Of a stretch of 17,589 nt of DNA, positions 7,774-15,213 are shown in pieces. The notes beneath the pieces were generated by a model that saw nothing but the letters and a program-made list of their open reading frames with translations, was not told the DNA's origin and did not search any database. This DNA is from an uncultured Thermoplasmatales archaeon (lineage in GTDB: Archaea > Thermoplasmatota > E2 > DHVEG-1): assembly GCA_964533085.1 (NCBI GenBank), contig CAZHIY010000011.1, positions 1 to 17,589 of the forward strand, read 5' to 3'. Position numbers and translations under genes: made by a program. Each line of letters starts with the position of its first letter. Within the stretch, counting starts at the first letter, position 1.

Positions 7774-7845
7774 CAGCCCCGACCAGATTCGAACTGGTGA
7801 CTAGAGATCCAGAGTCTCTTATGTTAACCACTACACTACGGGGCT
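7774..7845 (-). tRNA. tRNA-Gln (anticodon CUG), no intron, CCA not encoded
   Basis: Minus-strand cloverleaf: AGCCCCG TA GTGT AGTGGTTA ACAT A AGAGA CTCTGGA TCTCT AGTC ACCAG TTCGAAT CTGGT CGGGGCT G. A1-U72, discriminator G73. Its 3' end lies 29 nt upstream of the glnS ATG. Confidence 0.93.
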
Positions 7846-7875
7846 AGCAAATTTAATCTGATGATAAGAATTTTC

Positions 7876-7883
7876 CTATTTAA
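7876..7883 (-). promoter_or_regulatory. Candidate TATA box (TTAAATAG, preceded by an A-rich BRE-like CATTAAAGG) for the tRNA-Gln(CUG)/glnS transcription unit
   Basis: It lies 30 nt upstream of the mature tRNA 5' end in an AT-rich intergenic region. Pattern match only. Confidence 0.3.
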
Positions 7884-7941
7884 CCTTTAATGTTATTAAA
7901 TTTTTTTTAAAAATTTTAATACAAAACATAAATAAAAAAAT

Positions 7942-8412
7942 TTACAGTTTCCCTCTAGTTAGATCAAAAATCTCTAAATAAATTTTATATAAACAAAAAT
8001 TTCTATTAAAATGATAAATTATTGGAGATTTATTTAAGAACTTAAGTAGTAAGGAGCATATTATAATTCTATTTCTTGGAATTGTGACTTCCAATTCACC
8101 TAATTTACCCTCCTGATAAAAAATATCTTTTGCTTTAGCTTTAATTATGTATTTTCCCTTTTCAGTCCATGTATGACTTATAATTTCTTCTTCTCCTGAT
8201 TTGAAAGGTCCAACCCATTCCTCAATAGTACCATCCCCCCAATCAATCCAGAGATAAACATCATCTGAATCAGGATCTATTGATGAGAATGTAAAATTGT
8301 ATTCTTGGTCTACTTTACCAATTATTGGACCTTTAATTTTTGGTTTATTTGGTGGAAGGTTTAGGTCACCCCACGGATCCATTAAGGGGTACATGTCTTT
8401 ATTGTTCCCCCC
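7942..8412 (-). CDS. C-terminal part of a frameshifted NosD-like surface protein: PKD-like domain + hydrophobic tail
   Basis: From the G-run onward the frame reads GGNNKDMYPLMDPWGDLNLPPNKPKIKGPIIGKVDQEYNFTFSSIDPDSDDVYLWIDWGDGTIEEW...GELEVTIPRNR. This is the natural continuation of the upstream beta-helix ORF (NosD-like proteins typically read ...GG.N.D.YPL..PW). The upstream part of the 204-aa track ORF (8413-8556) is out-of-frame overlap, not real coding sequence. Confidence 0.7.
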   Translation of the reverse strand, partial: GGNNKDMYPLMDPWGDLNLPPNKPKIKGPIIGKVDQEYNFTFSSIDPDSDDVYLWIDWGDGTIEEWVGPFKSGEEEIISHTWTEKGKYIIKAKAKDIFYQEGKLGELEVTIPRNRIIICSLLLKFLNKSPIIYHFNRNFCLYKIYLEIFDLTRGKL

Positions 8413-9253
8413 CTGGTATGTAATATGGTGTATCGCCGATACCATCACCATCATTATCTGTACCATTATAATCGTTCCAGTAATTGCCACCAGATGGATA
8501 TCCATCGTCCCATATATTGTATGGACCTCCACGTTCAAAAGCTTGATATTCACCATTATTTACAAAGTTGTTATGATGAATTTTATTAAACTCTCCTCCA
8601 CCTTCGCACATATCCAATAGTATACCTTCTTCATCGTTTGATATAATATTGTTTGAAATAATATGGTTATACGCAGACATAATCATGTAAATCCCTCTGT
8701 TGTTTTCTGATATATTGTTGTGATTAATCAAATTGTGACTATGATGATTACTGCTTGTATGTTCTAAATGGATACCATCATTTGTGTTGGTTGATATATT
8801 GTTGTAAGAGATAATGTTGTTATCGCTATTTTCTATACCCATATATTGTATTCGAAACATAACACCATTACGGTTTTCAGTTAAAATATTATATTCTACA
8901 GCCCCATTTGTTACATTAATAAACACAATCCCATCATTTTGTATATCGCCATCAAAAATGTAACAGTTTATAATTTTAAAATACATACTTGTATTTCTGA
9001 TAGTTATGCCATCCTGAGAAGAGGCATATATCTCCCAGTTTTCAATAATATAAGGATTATTAGTAGTTCCAGATCCTCCTGTTACACCATTTTCACTTAT
9101 GAATTCGTCATTTCCATTGATATAAATCGGTTTATGAAGTGTATATGATGATTTATTAGAAGAAAAATCAGCATAACTAGCATTAAAAGTAGGTGAAAAG
9201 GCTAGATTGAATAAGAATAAAATAACAAATAATGCTAATAATTTCCTAACCAA
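8399..9253 (-). CDS. N-terminal part of a secreted right-handed parallel beta-helix (PbH1 / NosD-like) protein, truncated by a frameshift
   Basis: Signal-peptide-like N-terminus (MVRKLLALFVILFLFNLAFS). Repeated ~22-aa N/I/G-rich beta-helix repeats follow (NCYIFDG..., YNILTENRNGV, YNNISTNTNDGIHL, HNNISENNRGIYM, NNIISNDEEGILL, HNNFVNN). It ends GDGIGDTPYYIPGGEQ* directly at a G7 run. Confidence 0.8.
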   Translation of the reverse strand: MVRKLLALFVILFLFNLAFSPTFNASYADFSSNKSSYTLHKPIYINGNDEFISENGVTGGSGTTNNPYIIENWEIYASSQDGITIRNTSMYFKIINCYIFDGDIQNDGIVFINVTNGAVEYNILTENRNGVMFRIQYMGIENSDNNIISYNNISTNTNDGIHLEHTSSNHHSHNLINHNNISENNRGIYMIMSAYNHIISNNIISNDEEGILLDMCEGGGEFNKIHHNNFVNNGEYQAFERGGPYNIWDDGYPSGGNYWNDYNGTDNDGDGIGDTPYYIPGGEQ

Positions 9254-10722
9254 TCATACCATCCCAAGAAACTAATAATTTGTTTTATCAATGGGAATCT
9301 TTCCAATATCCTTAATAATAACAAATTTTGTTGCATTTTTTCTCTGGGAATTTTTACCTCAAGCTCGCCCCACTCGCTTTCAGCATCAACTTCATCTTTA
9401 ATTTGAGCCTTAATAATTAATGTTCCTCTTTTATACCATATATAATTTTCACTTATTACCTCGCCAGAATTGTAAGGGCCATCCCATCCTGTAATATCGC
9501 CATCACCCCAATCCCATCGGATATAAACAGTATCATTATCAGGATCTATTGGAGTAACATTAAATGTTAAATACCCACCAATTCGTCCCTGAGGAGGGCC
9601 ATCAATATCTGGTTTTTCCGGTGGGCGATTCCCCACTTTAACTAATTGTGTTTTTTTGTCATTTTCAGAATGATCGTCAATAACTTGTAAAGTAACAGGG
9701 TATACTTCTAATTCTTCAAATATATGTGTAGTTGTTGGCATAGGGTTTGATTCATCATAAACTCCATCATTATCCCAATCCCATTCATATAAAATTATAT
9801 CATCGTCTGGATCAGTACTACTTGAAGCATCAAATAGGATGTTTTCTCCAGGTTCTGGGTCTTCTGGTGTCCATTCGAAATCGGCACTAGGTGGATAGTT
9901 CCAGGGTATTGCAAAAAGAGTAACTTTAGTATTTTCTCTAAATTGACCGACTAAAGTACAATCACCAGTATCTTCATCACATTGATACAAATAGCTTTCT
10001 TGGTTTGATGTATAAGCTGTTAAATATAAAATATCATCATCCTTGTGAAAATCTCCGTCCTGAGCATTATTAAGATCGATTCCAAGTGAACCAACCAAGG
10101 TTGCTGAACCTGTCATTTTGTTGACGGTCCAAAGATTATCACCAGCATCCCAACCATACAATACTCCGTCTGCATCACATGCAAGGCCAAGCATATTTGT
10201 TATACCACCTTCGAATCTGCCAATGTACTCTTGATCACCTGTTTCTCTATCAATTTTATATAGATCAGCATCTGTACAACCATAGATTTCATTTTTAATT
10301 GGATTAAACGCTAAACCATTAAGCCCAACTCCTCCACCGCCAATAATTTTCCAGTCGCAAGTTAATGGATCTATCTCATATAACTGACCAGTACTATACT
10401 CACTTGTAATAATAACACCATCATTTGTAAAAGTTCCACCACTACCAGAACCTGGGTAATCAGGACAAACACAAGTTGGATGTTCCGGGTCATTTAATAG
10501 AATTGAATAAAGCCAACAATCGAGTTCAAAGTTACCTTGAATATATGCCGTATCTTCAATTTGTAATGAACCCTTACTATTAATAGTATAATTTATCATA
10601 AAATAGTTTTCATTTTCATTAGTATTATTTGTTTTTCCAACTGTTGGATAAATACTTACTATAAATAAAAATAAAAATATTCCAAACACTATTGTTTTTT
10701 TCATTATTCTATTGCTATGCAT
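9235..10722 (-). CDS. Secreted protein: beta-propeller-like repeat region + two PKD-type domains + hydrophobic C-terminal tail
   Basis: SD AGGGAGGA lies 7 nt upstream of ATG 10722. Signal/anchor MKKTIVFGIFLFLFIVSIYPTVG. Repeated LY.ID..TG....IG motifs (LYEIDPLTCDWKIIG, LYKIDRETGDQEYIG, LWTVNKMTGSATLVG, LYQCDEDTGDCTLVG). PKD signatures FDASSSTDPDDDIILYEWDWDNDG and IDPDNDTVYIRWDWGDG. Tail LLLLRILERFPLIKQIISFLG. Confidence 0.8.
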   Translation of the reverse strand: MHSNRIMKKTIVFGIFLFLFIVSIYPTVGKTNNTNENENYFMINYTINSKGSLQIEDTAYIQGNFELDCWLYSILLNDPEHPTCVCPDYPGSGSGGTFTNDGVIITSEYSTGQLYEIDPLTCDWKIIGGGGVGLNGLAFNPIKNEIYGCTDADLYKIDRETGDQEYIGRFEGGITNMLGLACDADGVLYGWDAGDNLWTVNKMTGSATLVGSLGIDLNNAQDGDFHKDDDILYLTAYTSNQESYLYQCDEDTGDCTLVGQFRENTKVTLFAIPWNYPPSADFEWTPEDPEPGENILFDASSSTDPDDDIILYEWDWDNDGVYDESNPMPTTTHIFEELEVYPVTLQVIDDHSENDKKTQLVKVGNRPPEKPDIDGPPQGRIGGYLTFNVTPIDPDNDTVYIRWDWGDGDITGWDGPYNSGEVISENYIWYKRGTLIIKAQIKDEVDAESEWGELEVKIPREKMQQNLLLLRILERFPLIKQIISFLGWYDWLGNY

Positions 10723-10964
10723 TTTTTTCCTCCCTTAATCATATTAATATAGATATTCTTATCATTCTATTTAAATTTAGGGGTATGGATATGAAATTGG
10801 TTATAGTTATAAATCCATACTTTGCTCTAATTTAGTATACACTCTTTCAATCTTTAAAAGATAACCTACGTTGCCTAATTCTATATAATTTGATACACTT
10901 ATTGAAATACTACAAAAAAATTAAGTACTCCAGATTAGTTCTATCTTTAGAGGTGATTTGTTAA

Positions 10965-11168
10965 ATGGGAATCTATAAAATAATTGATATAGTTGGTACA
11001 TCAGATAAGAGCTTTGCAGATGCTGCTAGAAATGCTGTAATTGGGGCATCAAAAACTGTTAGAAAAATACGTAGAGCTGAAGTTACAAAACTTGATGTAA
11101 AGGTTGAAAATGACAAACCTGCTTTATTTAGGGCTGAAATGAAAATTTCCTTTGAAATTGAGAGATAA
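10965..11168 (+). CDS. Dodecin-family flavin-binding protein
   Basis: 67 aa. The pattern KIIDIVGTSDKSFADAARNAVIGASKTVRKIRRAEV...FRAEMKISFEI matches the dodecin family (..GTS..SF..A...A...A..T......EV......YR....ISFE). SD GAGGTGAT lies 8 nt upstream. Confidence 0.8.
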   Translation: MGIYKIIDIVGTSDKSFADAARNAVIGASKTVRKIRRAEVTKLDVKVENDKPALFRAEMKISFEIER

Positions 11169-11169
11169 A

Positions 11170-11178
11170 TTTTTTTTT
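11170..11178 (+). terminator. T9 tract immediately after the dodecin stop (archaeal oligo-T terminator candidate)
   Basis: TAA at 11166-11168 is followed by A then TTTTTTTTT. The tract overlaps the stop codon of the convergent larA-like gene. Confidence 0.4.
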
Positions 11179-12424
11179 AAGTTATTGGAATAGTCAGACT
11201 TCCAAATGGCATAACCACAACTTTTGGTTCATTTCCTTTAGATTTAATTATCTTTACTGCATCATCTACTGCAGTTTGAATATCTGAATATGGTTTCAAC
11301 ATAGCCTTTCTTACAATATCATCATCTAAATCAGTAACTGCCCACATATCAGCTCTGATACCGATCTGAGCCATTTTAGCTGCTTTATGATATCCAAGTT
11401 TATACTCTTCATCAAGTATTTCAAAGATTTTTTTGGGTGAATCTGCTTTACAAAGTAATTTTAGAAAACCATCCTCTCCAACACCGGTACGACATTTGGA
11501 AACAAGGATAATAACTCCATCATCTTCTAAGGCTAATTTACCATTATCTAATGCTTTTTGAGATTGATAAAGATCAATATCCATAGGATATGGAGCAGCA
11601 GATATTACAATGTTTCCTTTTTGTTTTAATGGAACACAAAATATTTGTTTAGAATATTTAATAGCTGCATCAAACGATTTATGTAAATCACCGGCTGTTA
11701 CAGCAAATAATTTATGATCACCGGTTAAGACCGTCTGAATAGAAAAAATATTTAGGTCCTTTAAAACATTCATTGCATCTACCATATCATCATTAACTGG
11801 ATTACCATCAAGAGCAAGAGAACATGCATCATCACTTAACGCAAGTTTATGGTTCATCTCAATTGTTTTATATGATGCAACGCCTGGTAAAAACGATTTT
11901 CTTCCACCAGTATAACCTGCAAAATAATGTGGTTCTACACTTCCTATAACAAGGATGTTTCTATATTCTGAAACTAGTTTGTTAATATACATCTCAGTTC
12001 CATTTTTTGACTTACCAAGATATGTCATATCTTCATCTTTACGAGCATCATGAGCATAAACCTTTCTTCTAAAAACATTGTAAGTATCGCCAAATATAAA
12101 CCTATATTCTTCTTCTGAAGGAGCCCGATGAACGCCTGTTGCTATTAGAAACTTAACATCAGGATGAGATGATAGTACTGGTAAAAGATATTTTAAAACT
12201 TTTGAGGTCGGAGTAGGCCTAGTTGCATCATTTATTATTACAAGTAATCTATCTGTATCTTCAGCAAATTCGTCATAAGATTCAAAGCCTATTGGATTTT
12301 CTAATGCTTCTTCTATCAATTTATTTTGATTTTCAATTGTAACTTTTTTTGGAACTAGAATCTCACAATTATCAGGAATATTGACTTTTATATTTTCTTT
12401 TCCATATGGTATATCAACTTCCAT
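11177..12424 (-). CDS. larA: LarA-family nickel-pincer-cofactor-dependent racemase/epimerase (lactate racemase-like, DUF2088)
   Basis: 415 aa. Motifs INDATRPTP, LIATGVHR and GSVEPHYFAGYTGGRKSFLPG (the conserved His/Lys region of LarA) over a colinear length. SD GAGGGAG lies upstream. Confidence 0.8.
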   Translation of the reverse strand: MEVDIPYGKENIKVNIPDNCEILVPKKVTIENQNKLIEEALENPIGFESYDEFAEDTDRLLVIINDATRPTPTSKVLKYLLPVLSSHPDVKFLIATGVHRAPSEEEYRFIFGDTYNVFRRKVYAHDARKDEDMTYLGKSKNGTEMYINKLVSEYRNILVIGSVEPHYFAGYTGGRKSFLPGVASYKTIEMNHKLALSDDACSLALDGNPVNDDMVDAMNVLKDLNIFSIQTVLTGDHKLFAVTAGDLHKSFDAAIKYSKQIFCVPLKQKGNIVISAAPYPMDIDLYQSQKALDNGKLALEDDGVIILVSKCRTGVGEDGFLKLLCKADSPKKIFEILDEEYKLGYHKAAKMAQIGIRADMWAVTDLDDDIVRKAMLKPYSDIQTAVDDAVKIIKSKGNEPKVVVMPFGSLTIPIT

Positions 12425-12470
12425 AGTTCTCCCTCAAATTGGTATCCTGAATAAATAACCAATTAATATA

Positions 12471-12477
12471 TTTATAT
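12471..12477 (+). promoter_or_regulatory. Candidate TATA box (TTTATAT) about 27 nt upstream of ATG 12501, suggesting a leaderless mRNA
   Basis: The 76-nt divergent intergenic region is AT-rich (AATTAATATATTTATATG). There is no SD-like purine run between the box and ATG 12501, unlike most other genes in the window. Confidence 0.35.
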
Positions 12478-12500
12478 GAATCTTGTTATTCTATCGAATC

Positions 12501-13967
12501 ATGAAAAACTTCCATGTAGCAATTATTGGGGCAGGTGTAATAGGATCTTCTATTGCATGGGAGTTATCAAAATATAAGCTTGATGTTGTTGTTTTTGAGA
12601 AAGGAAGTGATGTTGCTTCTGGTACAAGTAAGGCCAATAGTGGAGTTATTCATAGTGGAATTAATTCTCCAGTATCTTCCTTAAAAGCTTGGTTTTGTGT
12701 TGAAGGTAACAAGATGCTTCAACCACTATCAGATTCTTTAGGTTTTTCACTTAAATGGATTGGAAAATATGTAATTGCGAAAAATGAGGATGAATTAAAA
12801 GAGCTTATTCGGCTTAAAAAAGTCGGTCAAGAAAATGGAGTTTCTGGTTTGGAAATTAAAGATAAAGATGAGGTTAAGGCAAAAGAACCAAATATACCAT
12901 GCTACAAAGCTTTATGGGTACCATCTGCAGGTATAATTTTACCATATGAATTTACAATTGCATTTGCTGAAAACGCTGCTATCAATAATGTTAATTTTTC
13001 ACTTGAAACAGAAGTCATAGACCTCCAGAAAAAAGAAAATAATTTTGTAATAAAAACTAACAAGGGAAAATTTCAGTCAAAAATATTAGTAAATGCAGCA
13101 GGATTAAATTGTAGAGATATTTTATCAATGTTACAAGAACCGGATTTTAATGTCTATCCATGTAGGGGAGAATATCTTGTTTTAGATAAAGCCTATAGCC
13201 ATATAGTTAAATCTATGATTTATCCAACCCCTCCAAAAAAACTAGGAGTTTTGGGTGTTCATATCACACCAACAATTGAAGGAAATATCCTTCTCGGGCC
13301 TAGTGCCGAGTTTGTTGATGATTCCAATAATAAAATTACTACAAAAAAAATGATGAATACTTTACTAAGGGAAGCAAAAGAAATTCTTCCAGGCTTACCT
13401 GAAAAAGCTATTATTAATGCATATTCAGGAATCAGATGCAAACTTGCCTCACCGGATGAGGGTGGATGGGCAGATTACAGAATTGAGGAAGGCAAAAAGA
13501 CACCTGATTTGATAAACCTTTTAGGAATTGAATCACCTGGTCTTACTGCTGCACCAGCTATTGCAAAAGAAGTTGTCAAGATGATATCAAAGTCTATTGA
13601 TTTAAAGACTAAAACTGATTTTAAATCTAAAAAAATTAAAAATAATCATTTTTTTGAAATGAGTTCCAAGGAAAAATCTGATTTAATAAAAAAAGATCAA
13701 AGATGGGGTAGAGTTGTTTGTAGATGTGAACATATTACAGAAGCTGAAATTTTTAATGCTTTAAAAAATCCCTTAAAAGCACAAACTCTTTCAGCTGTAA
13801 AGTATCGTTGTAGAGCTGGAATGGGCAGATGTCAGGGAGGATTTTGCACTCAGCATATTGTACGAATTATGGAAGAAGATTTTAATATTGATGTTAAAAA
13901 AATGAAATTAAAATCTTTAAAATCCAATCTTTTTTATGGTAGAACGCGGGAGAATCACAATGATTAA
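12501..13967 (+). CDS. FAD-dependent glycerol-3-phosphate dehydrogenase-like oxidoreductase (GlpA-like) with C-terminal BFD-like [2Fe-2S] domain
   Basis: N-terminal dinucleotide fold VAIIGAGVIGSSIAWEL...FEKGSDVASGTSKANSGVIHSG. C-terminal CRCEHITEAEI...RCRAGMGRCQGGFC (BFD-like Cys pattern). The start is placed at ATG 12501 rather than the TTG at 12483 in the track. Confidence 0.75.
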   Translation: MKNFHVAIIGAGVIGSSIAWELSKYKLDVVVFEKGSDVASGTSKANSGVIHSGINSPVSSLKAWFCVEGNKMLQPLSDSLGFSLKWIGKYVIAKNEDELKELIRLKKVGQENGVSGLEIKDKDEVKAKEPNIPCYKALWVPSAGIILPYEFTIAFAENAAINNVNFSLETEVIDLQKKENNFVIKTNKGKFQSKILVNAAGLNCRDILSMLQEPDFNVYPCRGEYLVLDKAYSHIVKSMIYPTPPKKLGVLGVHITPTIEGNILLGPSAEFVDDSNNKITTKKMMNTLLREAKEILPGLPEKAIINAYSGIRCKLASPDEGGWADYRIEEGKKTPDLINLLGIESPGLTAAPAIAKEVVKMISKSIDLKTKTDFKSKKIKNNHFFEMSSKEKSDLIKKDQRWGRVVCRCEHITEAEIFNALKNPLKAQTLSAVKYRCRAGMGRCQGGFCTQHIVRIMEEDFNIDVKKMKLKSLKSNLFYGRTRENHND

Positions 13968-15213
13968 TCTTAATGTTGATGTAGCTGTGATTGGAGCTGG
14001 ACCAGCGGGTTTAGCTGCCGCTATTTCAGCATTTGAAAACGGCTCAAAAGATGTTTTAGTAATAGATAGAAATAGTTGGTTAGGAGGTATTTTACCACAG
14101 TGTATACATGATGGTTTTGGAGTCGAGGAACTTGGGACTTCATTGACCGGACCTGAGTATGCAGAGATGTATATTGAAACTGCTGAGAAATTAGGTATTA
14201 ATTTCTTATGTAAGACCATGGTTATGCAAATTTTCAAAAATCATGAGATCATAGCAGTTAACAATAAAGGATTGCATAAAGTTAAAGCAAAATCTATAGT
14301 ACTTGCGATGGGATGTCGAGAAAAGACAAGATGGGATGTCATGATACCTGGTGATCGTCCAAGTGGTATCTATACAGCGGGTGTTGCTCAAGGTTTCATA
14401 AACCTATACAACATTATGGTTGGAAAAAATGTTGTTATTTTAGGATCTGGAGATGTAGGCCTTATCGTTGCTCGCCGTTTAAGGTTTGAAGGTGCTAACG
14501 TTCTTGGGGTAATCGAAATTTTACCCTTTGCTAGTGGTCTACCAAGAAATGTTGTTCAATGTCTTGATGACTATGATATTCCTCTTTATCTTAATCATAC
14601 TGTAACCTACATAAAGGGTAGGGAGAGACTTGAGAGCGTTACTATTTCACAAGTAGATGAAAATAATACTCTTATTTCTGGTACTGATAAAGAGATAAAA
14701 TGCGATACTCTACTACTTTCACTTGGTTTGATTCCTGAAAATGAGTTATCTAAACAAGTTGATATTGAAATAGATAGGTTAACTGGGGGACCAATTGTTA
14801 ATCAATTTTTTGAAACAACAGTTCCAGGAATATTTGCTTGCGGTAACTGTCTTCAAGTCTATGATACAGTGGATATTTTATCAGTTGGTGCTAAACATGC
14901 TGGTAAATATGCAGCTAAATATGTTACAAAGCAAAAAAGCAAGCATATTGGTTATGTTAAAGTCATAGCTGGTAAAGATATCCGATATGTTATTCCTCAG
15001 CGGATTAATAAATCAGGAAATGTACGTTTTAGTCTGAGAGTCAAAACTCCTAAGAAATCAGCAATAGTTCATGTATCTGCTGGAAATGATATACTTTTAA
15101 AGAAAAAATTACCATGGGCATATCCAGCAAATATGATTGAATTTGAGGTTAACATCCCGGATGATATCATTAATTCTAATAAAGACTTGGAGGTAACTCT
15201 TGATGACAGATGA
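13960..15213 (+). CDS. FAD/NAD(P)-binding pyridine-nucleotide-disulfide-type oxidoreductase (NOX-like partner of the G3PDH-like protein)
   Basis: VAVIGAGPAGLAAAISAFENG and a second Rossmann motif VVILGSGDVGLIVARRL, plus GIFACGNC near the FAD-binding C-terminal motif. ATG 13960 (MINLNVD...) has GGGAG upstream and overlaps the upstream stop (ATGATTAA). ATG 13936 is an alternative start. Confidence 0.75.
   Translation: MINLNVDVAVIGAGPAGLAAAISAFENGSKDVLVIDRNSWLGGILPQCIHDGFGVEELGTSLTGPEYAEMYIETAEKLGINFLCKTMVMQIFKNHEIIAVNNKGLHKVKAKSIVLAMGCREKTRWDVMIPGDRPSGIYTAGVAQGFINLYNIMVGKNVVILGSGDVGLIVARRLRFEGANVLGVIEILPFASGLPRNVVQCLDDYDIPLYLNHTVTYIKGRERLESVTISQVDENNTLISGTDKEIKCDTLLLSLGLIPENELSKQVDIEIDRLTGGPIVNQFFETTVPGIFACGNCLQVYDTVDILSVGAKHAGKYAAKYVTKQKSKHIGYVKVIAGKDIRYVIPQRINKSGNVRFSLRVKTPKKSAIVHVSAGNDILLKKKLPWAYPANMIEFEVNIPDDIINSNKDLEVTLDDR

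Noticed and set aside
7745-7831. N-terminal extension of the 536-aa glnS ORF in the track ([29 protein letters not shown]...)
   Set aside because: This stretch is the reverse reading of the tRNA-Gln(CUG) gene (7774-7845) and its 3' flank. GlnRS homology begins only after the internal Met at 7744 ([20 protein letters not shown], matching the bacterial GlnRS N-terminus).
8640-8900. Asn/His-rich low-complexity-looking stretch (NNISTNTNDGIHLEHTSSNHHSHNLINHNNISENN) as a possible metal-binding or prion-like region
   Set aside because: The periodicity (~22 residues, N-x-I/V-x-x-N pattern) is that of ordinary PbH1 parallel beta-helix repeats in an AT-rich genome. No special feature is needed to explain it.
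10783-10820. 8-bp perfect inverted repeat GTATGGAT-N22-ATCCATAC in the divergent intergenic region between the secreted-protein gene and dodecin
   Set aside because: It is short, and a match of this size is not very improbable by chance in a ~240-nt AT-rich spacer (order 0.1 by rough estimate). There is no second copy elsewhere in the window and no obvious relation to a TATA box. It is kept only as a possible regulator site.
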